Below are positions 1-7,603 of a stretch of 12,593 nt of DNA, in pieces; position 1 is the first letter of the stretch, and each line of letters starts with the position of its first letter. The notes under the pieces are model-generated. The model worked only from the letters and a program-made list of their open reading frames with translations, was not told the origin of the DNA and made no database searches. A program made the position numbers and the translations under genes. The stretch lies in the NCBI GenBank assembly GCA_041497895.1, contig JBGQHJ010000140.1:1-12593 (forward strand), in the 5' to 3' direction. The DNA is from Candidatus Methylomirabilia bacterium. GTDB taxonomy: Bacteria; Methylomirabilota; Methylomirabilia; Rokubacteriales; CSP1-6.

Positions 1-2
1 AG

Positions 3-2366
3 ACGCCGGACCTCCCGCAGCGCCGCCAGCGGATGCTCGACGCCGTGAAGCGGCTCATTCTGAGAGAAGGCCAGGTGCAGCCGGTGCTCGCGGTGTTCGA
101 GAACCTGCACTGGCTCGATTCCGAGAGCCAGGCCTTCCTCGACAGCCTGGTGGACAGCCTGCCCCTGGCCCGCGCGCTCATCCTGGTGAGCTACCGGCCC
201 GAGTACCAGCACGGCTGGGCCCGCAAGAGCTACTACACCCAGTTCCGCATCGACCCCCTGCCGCCCCAGAGCGCGGAGGAGCTGCTGCGCGCGCTCGTGG
301 GCGACGATCCCGGTCTCGATCCGCTCAAGCAGCTCCTGATCGAGCGCACCGAGGGCAACCCGTTCTTCCTGGAAGAGAGCGTGCACACCCTGGCCGAGAC
401 CAAGGTGCTCGCGGGGACGCGCGGCCACTATCGCCTGACGCGCGAGGTGCAGAAGGTCCAGGTGCCGGCCACCGTGCAGGCGGTGCTGGCCGCCCGCATC
501 GACCGGCTCCCGATCGAGGCCAAGCGCCTCCTGCAGGCGGCCGCCGTCATCGGCAAGGACGTGTCGATGGCGCTCCTGCAGGAGATCGCCGATCTCTCGG
601 AAGAGACGGTGCGCCGCAACCTGGCCCAGCTCCAGTCCGGCGAGTTCCTGTACGAGATCAGCCTCTTCCCGAGCGTGGAGTACACGTTCCGCCACGCGCT
701 CACCCACGAGGTCGCGTACTCGAGCTTGCTCCAGGACCGGCGGCGGGGACTGCACGGGCGCGTGGTGCAGGCGATGGAGCAGGTCTACGCGGACCGGCTG
801 CCCGAGCACTTCGAGCGGCTGGCCCATCACGCGGTCCGCGGCGAGGTGTGGGTGAAGGCGGTCGCCTATCTGCGCCAGGCCGGGAGCAAGGCGGCGGCGG
901 GCTCGGCCAACCGCGAAGCGGTGATCTTCTTCGAGCAGGCCATGAACGCGCTCGCGCGGCTGCCCGAGGGCCGGGCCGCCACCGAGCAGGCCATCGACCT
1001 CCGGCTCGACCTGCGCTCGCCGCTGCTGCAGCTGGGCCAGCTCGAGCGGGTGCTCACGCTCTCGCAGGAAGCCGAGGCGATGGCGGAGAAGCTCGGGGAC
1101 GAGGCGCGCCTGGCTCGCGTCTACACGTACCTCATCAACTACCACAATCTCAAGGGCGAGCCGGATCTCGCCATCGAGTACGGGGAGCGCTGCCTGCGCA
1201 TCGGCGACGCGGCGGGCGACGCGGCGCTGCAGGCCCTCGCGCGCGGCTATCTGGGCTACTCCTGCCACGCGCAGGGCCAGTACCGTCGCGCGCACTCCAT
1301 CCTGCGCGACAACGTGGAGGCGCTCGAGCTGGTCCAGGGCGACGCCCCCGGTGGCCAGGCCGGCGTCTCCTACGTCACGTCGAGCGGGTGGCTGGCCTTC
1401 ACCCTGGCCGAGCTGGGCGAGTTCGACGCCGCCGCGATGTCCCTCGACCGCGCGCAGCGCGCCGGCGAGGCGAGCGGGCACGCCTACACCCAGACCATCG
1501 CGCGGACGATGGCGGGGCTGGTCTGGCTCCGCCGCGGCCAGCTCGAGCGCGCGCTGCCCGCGCTGCAGCGGAGCCTCGACGCCTGCCGCGAGAAGAGCCT
1601 GGATGTGTGGCGGCCGATCCCGTCCTCGCTGCTCGGGCTCACCCTGGTCCTGCTGGGTCGCGTCGACGAGGGACTCCGGCTCCTGGAGGACGGCGTGTCG
1701 CTCACCGAAGAGCTGGGCGTGCGCGCCTATCTCGCCCTGTGGACGACGAACCTGGGCGAGGCCTTGGCGGCCGCGCGGCAGCTCGACCGCGCGCGCGGCG
1801 TGGCCCAGCGCGCGCTCGACCTGGCGCTGCTCCACAAGGAGCGCGGGCACCAGGCCTGGGCGCTCCGGCTGATGGGCGAGCTGGCCGGGCTCAGCGATCC
1901 GCCGGCGGTCGGTGAGGCGGAAGGCTACTACGGCCAGGCCCTGGCCCTGGCCGAGGAGCTCGAGATGCGCCCCCTGCAGGCGCGCGTGCACCTGGGCCTG
2001 GGCCGGCTCTTTCGGCTGGCGGGCGACCGGGACCGGGCGGAGGAGCACCTCGCGAAGGCGATGGGCCTGCTGCGGGAGATGGACATGCGCTTCTGGCTCT
2101 CGCGAGCGGCCGAGGAGCTCTTGCACCTGGGCCATCTCTTCGTGGTGGCCCGCCACAACATCCAGCTCTACGACTACCTGAAGCGCGAGTACGCGGGCGA
2201 GCCCGTCACCGTGATCCTGGACCGGCGCAACGGAGAGCGGCGCGAGCGCGAGGAGGCGACGGCGACCGAGCGCCGACAATCCGATCGCCGGCATCAGATC
2301 CGCGTCGACGAGGCCATCCGCACGCGCGGCTTCGCGGTCGTCCCCGAGATCATCGGAGGGGCCTGA
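3..2366 (+). CDS. STAND-type AAA ATPase with winged-helix and TPR repeats (adenylate/guanylate cyclase-associated ATPase family), 5'-truncated by the window edge, with an extra C-terminal Arg-rich domain
   Basis: The frame is open from position 3 (TPDLPQRRQRMLDAVKR), so ATG33 is probably internal. Motifs: Walker-B-like VLAVFENLHW, 'LILVSYRP', 'TEGNPFFLEE', 'VPATVQAVLAARIDRL', 'LQAAAVIG' and 'YTFRHALTHEVAY', followed by helical TPR-like repeats. Stop is TGA at 2364-2366. Walker A and any N-terminal cyclase domain lie outside the window. Confidence 0.9.
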   Translation, partial: TPDLPQRRQRMLDAVKRLILREGQVQPVLAVFENLHWLDSESQAFLDSLVDSLPLARALILVSYRPEYQHGWARKSYYTQFRIDPLPPQSAEELLRALVGDDPGLDPLKQLLIERTEGNPFFLEESVHTLAETKVLAGTRGHYRLTREVQKVQVPATVQAVLAARIDRLPIEAKRLLQAAAVIGKDVSMALLQEIADLSEETVRRNLAQLQSGEFLYEISLFPSVEYTFRHALTHEVAYSSLLQDRRRGLHGRVVQAMEQVYADRLPEHFERLAHHAVRGEVWVKAVAYLRQAGSKAAAGSANREAVIFFEQAMNALARLPEGRAATEQAIDLRLDLRSPLLQLGQLERVLTLSQEAEAMAEKLGDEARLARVYTYLINYHNLKGEPDLAIEYGERCLRIGDAAGDAALQALARGYLGYSCHAQGQYRRAHSILRDNVEALELVQGDAPGGQAGVSYVTSSGWLAFTLAELGEFDAAAMSLDRAQRAGEASGHAYTQTIARTMAGLVWLRRGQLERALPALQRSLDACREKSLDVWRPIPSSLLGLTLVLLGRVDEGLRLLEDGVSLTEELGVRAYLALWTTNLGEALAAARQLDRARGVAQRALDLALLHKERGHQAWALRLMGELAGLSDPPAVGEAEGYYGQALALAEELEMRPLQARVHLGLGRLFRLAGDRDRAEEHLAKAMGLLREMDMRFWLSRAAEELLHLGHLFVVARHNIQLYDYLKREYAGEPVTVILDRRNGERREREEATATERRQSDRRHQIRVDEAIRTRGFAVVPEIIGGA

Positions 2367-2607
2367 CCCCTCCCGCGGGCGCCTCCCGCCCGATGGGCGC
2401 GAGCCCCCGGCTCACCAGCCGCACCTCCGCCGCGCGCTTGCCGTCGGTCATCCCCTGCGACTCGAACGAGACCCGCTCGCCGACCCGGGGCGCGAGCCCG
2501 CGGCCGTCACGCCCGCGGACGACGTAGAGCTCCTGGTCGTCGCCCACGATCAGGCCCCAGGCGGTCGGCCGATCATAGAACTCGATCCGTCCCGTCTTGA
2601 TCACCAC
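2350..2607 (-). CDS. Small cold-shock-domain-like (OB-fold) protein, about 85 aa, divergent
   Basis: C-terminal part of the 2350..2901 ORF. VIKTGRIEFYDRPTAWGLIVGDDQELYVV...PRVGERVSFESQGMTDGKRAAEVRLV follows the CspA pattern (TGxVKWF, GFGFI, VFVH, GQxVSF, GPxAxNV). Probable start is GTG at 2607 or 2604. The 3' end overlaps the ATPase gene by 17 bp. Confidence 0.6.
   Translation of the reverse strand: MVIKTGRIEFYDRPTAWGLIVGDDQELYVVRGRDGRGLAPRVGERVSFESQGMTDGKRAAEVRLVSRGLAPIGREAPAGGVRPLR
2355..2373. terminator. Possible hairpin at the convergent gene junction
   Basis: GGAGGGG-cctga-CCCCTCC is a perfect 7-bp stem whose loop contains the ATPase stop codon. There is no U-tract on either strand. 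Confidence 0.25.
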
Positions 2608-2615
2608 TGTCGCGC

Positions 2616-2621
2616 ATGCTA
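2616..2621 (-). promoter_or_regulatory. Putative -10 element (TAGCAT) for the CSD-like gene, possibly giving a leaderless or near-leaderless mRNA
   Basis: A TAnnnT hexamer lies 8 nt upstream of GTG2607, and no Shine-Dalgarno sequence is visible. Confidence 0.35.
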
Positions 2622-2645
2622 CGGCGGCGGGCGCGACGGCCACAA

Positions 2646-2663
2646 TGTCCAGAATGTCGGACA
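2646..2663. promoter_or_regulatory. Putative transcription-factor operator (palindrome TGTCC-N8-GGACA)
   Basis: The sequence TGTCCagaatgtcGGACA sits in the locally AT-richer divergent intergenic region and overlaps the expected -35 position of the ABC operon promoter. Confidence 0.4.
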
Positions 2664-2676
2664 GGGGGTTTCGGTC

Positions 2677-2682
2677 TAGAAT
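2677..2682 (+). promoter_or_regulatory. Putative sigma-70 -10 element (TAGAAT) for the ABC/amidase operon
   Basis: 5/6 match to TATAAT in GC-rich DNA, 70 nt upstream of ATG2753. No good -35 element. Confidence 0.5.
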
Positions 2683-2752
2683 ACCGGCCAGCCGCCGGTG
2701 CCGCCGGCGGGTGCCTCGCATGCTCGGGACCGGTTCTTCGGAGGAAACGGCT

Positions 2753-4354
2753 ATGTCATCGCGCACCGCATGGCGCACCGCGCTCACGTTGGCGGCCCTG
2801 CTCTCGCTGACCGGGGCGCCCCCGGCGGCCCAGGCCCAGCCGAACACGCTCATCATCGGCCAGCCCACCGACGCGGACTCGGTGGATCCGCACAAGATCA
2901 CCGCGGTGATCGCGGTCGAGCGCCTCTACAACCTGTACGACACGCTCGTCAACCTCGACTTCAACATGGAGACGATCACGCCCGGCCTCGCCGAGTCCTG
3001 GCGCGTCTCCCCCGACGGCAAGACGTACACCTTCGTGCTCAAGCGCGGGGTGAAGTTCCACAGCGGCAAGCCGCTCACCGCCCAGGACGTCAAGTACTCG
3101 CTCGACCGCTGGCGGGATCCGGCCACCGCCTCCCCCACGCGCAACCGCGTCGCCGAGATCGAGGAGGTCACCGCCCCCGACGACCAGACGGTGGTGATCC
3201 GCGTCAAGGACCGGTCGAACTACCTCCTGTTCAATCTCACGTCGGGCTTCGCCTCGATCGTGAACCCGGAGGCGATCAAGAAGCACGGGGCCAACTACGG
3301 CACGCTGGCGGTGGACGGCACCGGGCCGTTCCGGTTCAAGGAGTGGGTGCTGCGCGACCGTTTCGTGGTCGAGCGCAATCCCGAGTACCGCTGGGGGCCG
3401 CCGATGTTCAAGAACCGCGGGCCCGCCAAGCTCGAGCGGGTGGTGTGGCGGGTGATCCCCGAGGACGCCACCCGCCTCTTCGAGCTGGAGCAGGGCGGCG
3501 GGATCAACGTGAGCCGGTGGATCGCCTTCTCCGAGCTGCCCCGGCTGAAGAAGGACCCGCGGCTCCGCGTGATCGACTACAAGGTCGGCTACATCGTGTA
3601 CCTGGGCTTCAACCTGAACAAGGAGATGGTCCAGGATATCCGGGTGCGGAAGGCGCTGAACCACGCGATCAAGAAGGACGACATCGTCAACGAGATCTTC
3701 TACGGGCTGGGCGCGCCCGCGCAGGGGCCGGTCTCGCCGATCGTGGCCGGAGCCTGGAAGGACGTGGCCAAGGCCGCCTACGAGTACAATCCCGCGAAGG
3801 CGCGCGCCCTGCTCGACGAGGCGGGCTGGAAGCCGGGCCCCGACGGCATCCGGGTGAAGGACGGCAAGCGCCTCGTGCTCCCCATCCACGCCATCGCGGG
3901 CTACGGCTACCCCGACACGCTGACGCTGATCCAGGCGCAGTGCCGCGAGGTGGGCATCGACGTCGAGCAGGTCCTGCTCGAGGAGGCGGCGATCTGGGGT
4001 CGGCTCGCCGCGGGCGAGCACACGATCATGGCGATGGGGAATCCCCACTCCAATCCGGACGAGATCCTGATGTTCTACTTCCACTCGAAGAACCGCCCGA
4101 CCCCTAATCGCTTCGGCTTCGCGGATCCGAAGGTGGACGCGCTCCTCGAGGAAGGGCGCACGAACCCCGACAAGAAGCGCCTGCTGGAGATCTACGCCGA
4201 GGTCCAGAAGAAGGTCATCGAGAGCGCGGTGTGGGTGCCGCTCTGGCATCCGGGCCGGGCGATGATCATGAGCGCCCGCGTGACGGACCTGCGGCCGCAC
4301 CCGATCTACGACGTCGGGTATCACAAGCTCCTCGACGTCTCGGTCGCGCCGTAG
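2753..4354 (+). CDS. ABC transporter substrate-binding protein, family 5 (DppA/OppA/NikA-like), 533 aa
   Basis: SD GGAGGA at 2740-2745 precedes ATG2753. Sec-type signal peptide MSSRTAWRTALTLAALLSLTGAPPAAQA. Family-5 signature PGLAESWRVSPDGKTYTFVLKRGVKFHSGKPLTAQDVKYS, plus 'GTGPF', 'DIRVRKALNHAI' and 'YNPAKARALLDEAGW'. Confidence 0.95.
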   Translation: MSSRTAWRTALTLAALLSLTGAPPAAQAQPNTLIIGQPTDADSVDPHKITAVIAVERLYNLYDTLVNLDFNMETITPGLAESWRVSPDGKTYTFVLKRGVKFHSGKPLTAQDVKYSLDRWRDPATASPTRNRVAEIEEVTAPDDQTVVIRVKDRSNYLLFNLTSGFASIVNPEAIKKHGANYGTLAVDGTGPFRFKEWVLRDRFVVERNPEYRWGPPMFKNRGPAKLERVVWRVIPEDATRLFELEQGGGINVSRWIAFSELPRLKKDPRLRVIDYKVGYIVYLGFNLNKEMVQDIRVRKALNHAIKKDDIVNEIFYGLGAPAQGPVSPIVAGAWKDVAKAAYEYNPAKARALLDEAGWKPGPDGIRVKDGKRLVLPIHAIAGYGYPDTLTLIQAQCREVGIDVEQVLLEEAAIWGRLAAGEHTIMAMGNPHSNPDEILMFYFHSKNRPTPNRFGFADPKVDALLEEGRTNPDKKRLLEIYAEVQKKVIESAVWVPLWHPGRAMIMSARVTDLRPHPIYDVGYHKLLDVSVAP

Positions 4355-5289
4355 TCTACGTCGCGCGCCGATTGCTCCTGACCGTGCCCACCATCCTGGG
4401 CGCGTCGCTGCTCGTCTTCCTGATCCTCCACCTGGTCCCCGGCGATCCCGCTACCATCATCGCGGGGCCGACCGCGCCCGCCGACGTGGTGGAGAACATC
4501 CGCACCCAGCTCGGGCTCGACCGGCCGGTGCTGATCCAGTACGGCCGGTACCTCGCGCACGCGCTCCAGGGCGACCTCGGCCGCTCGCTCCTGACCCGGC
4601 GCCAGGTCAGCGACGAGGTGGCGGGCGCGTTCCTCAACACCTTCGAGCTCGTCATCGCGGCGCGCGTCTGGTCGCTCCTGATCGGCATTCCCATCGGCGT
4701 GGTGGCCGCGGTGAAGCGCCGGTCGCTCTTCGACAAGCTCTCGATGGTCACCGCGCTGCTCGGGCTCTCCCTGCCCATCTTCTGGATCGGGCTCATGGCC
4801 ATCTGGCTCTTCGCGGTGCAGCTCGGCTGGTTCCCGATCTCGGGCCGCGGCGGACCGCTCTGGTCCCTCGCCGGCCTCCATCACCTCGTGCTGCCCGCGG
4901 TGACCCTCGGGGGCGTCCAGGTGCCGGCCCTCGCGCGGCTCACCCGGTCGAGCATCCTGGAAGCGCTCGGCCAGGACTACGTGCGGACCGCCCGCGCGAA
5001 GGGGCTGGCCGAGCGGCTCGTCATCGCCAAGCACGCGCTCCGGAACGCGCTCCTGCCGGTGGTCACCGTCATCGGGCTGCAATTCGCGGGACTGCTGGGC
5101 GGCGCGGTGGTCACCGAGACGATCTTCAGCTGGCCCGGGCTCGGCCGGCTCGCGGTGACCGCCATTCTCACGCGGGATTTCCCGGTGGTGCAGGGGACCA
5201 TCCTGGTGAGCGCGGTCACCTTCGTGACGATCAATCTCCTGGTGGACTGCCTCTACGCGGTGCTCGACCCGCGCATCAAGTACAGCTGA
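4351..5289 (+). CDS. ABC transporter permease, DppB/OppB-like (start codon uncertain)
   Basis: N-terminal motif YVARRLLLTVPTILGASLLVFLILHLVPGDP, EAA loop 'EALGQDYVRTARAKGL..HALRNALLP', 'VTETIFSWPGLG', 'RDFPVVQG' and C-terminal 'DPRI'. Homology begins at about 4351, but the codons there are GTA GTC. The nearest canonical in-frame starts are GTG4231 and TTG4372. Confidence 0.93.
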   Translation, partial: VVYVARRLLLTVPTILGASLLVFLILHLVPGDPATIIAGPTAPADVVENIRTQLGLDRPVLIQYGRYLAHALQGDLGRSLLTRRQVSDEVAGAFLNTFELVIAARVWSLLIGIPIGVVAAVKRRSLFDKLSMVTALLGLSLPIFWIGLMAIWLFAVQLGWFPISGRGGPLWSLAGLHHLVLPAVTLGGVQVPALARLTRSSILEALGQDYVRTARAKGLAERLVIAKHALRNALLPVVTVIGLQFAGLLGGAVVTETIFSWPGLGRLAVTAILTRDFPVVQGTILVSAVTFVTINLLVDCLYAVLDPRIKYS

Positions 5290-5296
5290 GCCCGCC

Positions 5297-6163
5297 ATGG
5301 CCGATCGCCCGACCTCCGCGCTCCCGCCGCCCTCGCGGGCCGACGCCTGGCGGCGTCTGCGGCGCGACCGCGCCTCGGTAGCGGGCGCCGGTTGTCTCGC
5401 CGCGCTCATCCTGGTGGCGGTGTTCGCGCCCGCGGTCGCGCCGTACGATCCCATCAAGGTGGCGATGCGGGAGCGGCTGCAGCGCCCCAGCGCGCCCCAC
5501 TGGCTCGGGACGGATCAGTTCGGCCGGGACATCCTGAGCCGCATCGTGTACGGTACGCGGGTGTCGCTCTCGGTGGGGCTCATCGCGGTCGGGATCGGGC
5601 TCGGGTTCGGCGCCACCCTCGGACTCATCGCCGGCTTCTCGCCGCGCCTGGACTATCCGATCACCGCGGTCATGGACGTGCTCCTCTCGTTTCCCCAGAT
5701 CCTGCTCGCGATCGCCATCGTGGCCGCGCTCGGCCCCGGGATCTTCAACGCCATGATCGCGGTGGGCATCGGGGCCGTGCCCGGCTTCACGCGGATCACC
5801 CGGAGCTCGACGCTCTCGATCCGCGAGCGCGACTACGTGGAGGCCGCCCGCGCGCTCGGCGCCTCGAGCGCCCGGATCATCGGACGGCACATCCTTCCGA
5901 ACGCGGCGGCGCCCCTGATCGTGGTCTCGACCCTGTCCATGGCGGGCGCCATCCTCGCCGCCGCGATCCTGAGCTTTCTCGGCCTGGGGGCGCGGCCCCC
6001 GATGGCGGAGTGGGGCGCGATGGTGGCGGATGGCCGCGGGCTCATCGCCCAGTACCCGCACGTCTCGACGTTTCCGAGCCTCGCCATCTTCGTGGTGGTC
6101 CTGGCCTTCAATCTGCTGGGCGATGGGCTGCGGGACGCCCTCGATCCTCAGCTCGGAGAATGA
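5297..6163 (+). CDS. ABC transporter permease, DppC/OppC-like, 288 aa
   Basis: 'HWLGTDQFGRDILSRIVYGTRVSL', EAA loop 'ERDYVEAARALGASSARIIGRHILPN', 'LSFLGLG..PP..EWG' and 'FNLLGDGLRDALDP'. Confidence 0.95.
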   Translation: MADRPTSALPPPSRADAWRRLRRDRASVAGAGCLAALILVAVFAPAVAPYDPIKVAMRERLQRPSAPHWLGTDQFGRDILSRIVYGTRVSLSVGLIAVGIGLGFGATLGLIAGFSPRLDYPITAVMDVLLSFPQILLAIAIVAALGPGIFNAMIAVGIGAVPGFTRITRSSTLSIRERDYVEAARALGASSARIIGRHILPNAAAPLIVVSTLSMAGAILAAAILSFLGLGARPPMAEWGAMVADGRGLIAQYPHVSTFPSLAIFVVVLAFNLLGDGLRDALDPQLGE

Positions 6164-6166
6164 TCG

Positions 6167-7603
6167 ATGAAACCTGACGAGTTCGCCCGCTACGACGGCC
6201 TCGGGCTGGCCGAGCTCGTGCGCCGGCGCGAGGTGGCTCCGGCCGAGGTGCTCGAGGCTGCGGTGTCGGCCGTCGAGGCCCGCAACCACGAGATCAACGC
6301 GGTGGTGTGCCGGCTCGACGATCAGGCGCGCGCGGCGGTGGCGGCCGGACTGCCCGCCGGGCCGTTCACCGGAGTGCCATATCTCTTGAAGGATCTGGGC
6401 GCGCACTACCAGGGCGCGGTGACCAGCTACGGCGGCACCCTGTTCAAGGACTTCGTGGTCGATCACGACAGCGAGATCACCCGGAGGCTCAAGCGGGCCG
6501 GGCTGGTGATCTTCGGCAAGACCAATACCCCCGAGCTGGGCCTCGCCAGCTCCACCGAGCCGCGCCTGTTCGGCCCCACGCGCAATCCGTGGAACCTGGC
6601 CCACAGCGCGGGCGGATCGAGCGGCGGCTCCGCGGCGGCGGTGGCCGCGGGCATGGTGCCGATGGCGCACGCCACCGACGGCGGCGGATCCATCCGCATC
6701 CCCGCCTCCGCGTGCGGGCTCTTCGGCCTGAAGCCGACGCGCGCGCGCAATCCGATGGGACCCGACGCGGGTGAAGGCTGGGGCGGCGCCTCCGTCGGTC
6801 ACGCGGTGACACGAACGGTGCGGGACAGCGCGGCCCTCCTCGACGCGACGTCGGGACCCGACCTCGGGGATCCTTACTGGGCGCCGCCCCCCGCGCGGCC
6901 CTTCCTCGAGGAGGTCGGGCGCGACCCCGGGCGCCTGCGCATCGCCATCGCCACCAGCCCCTGGAACCGCCAGCCGGTGGACACGGAGTGCGCGGAGGCG
7001 GCGCGGGCGGCCGGACGGCTGTGCGAGCGCCTCGGCCATACGATCGAGGAGGCGAGCCCGGTCATCGACGCGGCGGCGCTCGGCGCCGCCACCCTCATCG
7101 TCATCGGCGGCAATCTCCGGGCCGCGATGGAGGCGCGCGCCGCGGCGCTGGGGCGCGAGCTCGACCCGTCCGACGTCGAGCGCATCACGTGGCTCCGCGC
7201 CATGGACGGCCACACCGCCCGCGCCGCCGACTACGCGCGGGCCATCGGCGTGGTGCACCGGACCGGCCGGATGGTCGCGCCCTTCTTCGAGCGATTCGAC
7301 GTGCTGCTGACTCCGACCATGTGCCGGCCGCCGCATCCCCTGGGGGTCATCGACATGATGACGACGGACCCGGAGCGGTACGGGCAGGCCGTGCTCGGCA
7401 CCATCGGCTTCACCTCGTTGTTCAATAGCTGCGGCAGTCCCGCGATGTCGGTCCCCCTCGCCTGGTCGCGCGCCGGCTTGCCGCTCGGCGTGCAGTTCGC
7501 CGCGGGCTTCGGCGACGAGGCGACCCTGTTCCGTCTCGGCGCCCAGCTCGAGGCGGCGCAGCCGTGGGCCGAGCGCCGTCCTCCCGGGCCGGCCGGCTCG
7601 TGA
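6167..7603 (+). CDS. Amidase-signature family enzyme (Ser-cisSer-Lys triad), 478 aa
   Basis: '[13 protein letters not shown]' (catalytic Lys), 'GKTNTPELG', 'TRNPWN...[14 protein letters not shown]' and '[20 protein letters not shown]'. SD GGAG at 6155-6158. No signal peptide is evident. Confidence 0.95.
   Translation: MKPDEFARYDGLGLAELVRRREVAPAEVLEAAVSAVEARNHEINAVVCRLDDQARAAVAAGLPAGPFTGVPYLLKDLGAHYQGAVTSYGGTLFKDFVVDHDSEITRRLKRAGLVIFGKTNTPELGLASSTEPRLFGPTRNPWNLAHSAGGSSGGSAAAVAAGMVPMAHATDGGGSIRIPASACGLFGLKPTRARNPMGPDAGEGWGGASVGHAVTRTVRDSAALLDATSGPDLGDPYWAPPPARPFLEEVGRDPGRLRIAIATSPWNRQPVDTECAEAARAAGRLCERLGHTIEEASPVIDAAALGAATLIVIGGNLRAAMEARAAALGRELDPSDVERITWLRAMDGHTARAADYARAIGVVHRTGRMVAPFFERFDVLLTPTMCRPPHPLGVIDMMTTDPERYGQAVLGTIGFTSLFNSCGSPAMSVPLAWSRAGLPLGVQFAAGFGDEATLFRLGAQLEAAQPWAERRPPGPAGS

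Noticed and set aside
848..1915. Same-strand alternative-frame ORFs here and at 2698..4107 and 5392..6177
   Set aside because: Arg/Gly/Pro-rich off-frame translations typical of GC3-biased genes.
3..2366. Possible Avs-type anti-phage STAND system
   Set aside because: The motifs fit the widespread cyclase-associated signalling ATPases, no nuclease or other effector is visible, and the neighbourhood is not a defence island. The N-terminus is outside the window, so this is not fully excluded.
2395..2499. 12-bp repeat GGGCGCGAGCCC at 2395 and 2488 (mini-hairpin, part of RGLAP encoded twice)
   Set aside because: Only two copies, very GC-rich and within a coding region. Not enough to call a REP or CRISPR-like element.
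2597..2752. 52-aa N-terminal extension of the SBP in the ORF track
   Set aside because: The SD and signal peptide identify ATG2753 as the start. The extension covers promoter DNA.
2608..2901. N-terminal 98 aa of the 183-aa minus-strand ORF
   Set aside because: Overlaps the SBP start and promoter region. The CSD-like similarity begins only at about 2607.
2756..4324. 522-aa antisense ORF opposite the SBP gene
   Set aside because: Codon-register mirror of a high-GC gene with no recognisable motifs. Stops are rare in that frame.
5276..7336. 686-aa antisense ORF spanning permease C and the amidase
   Set aside because: Shadow ORF opposite two genes with clear family motifs. Arg/Gly/Ala/His-rich with no domain signal.
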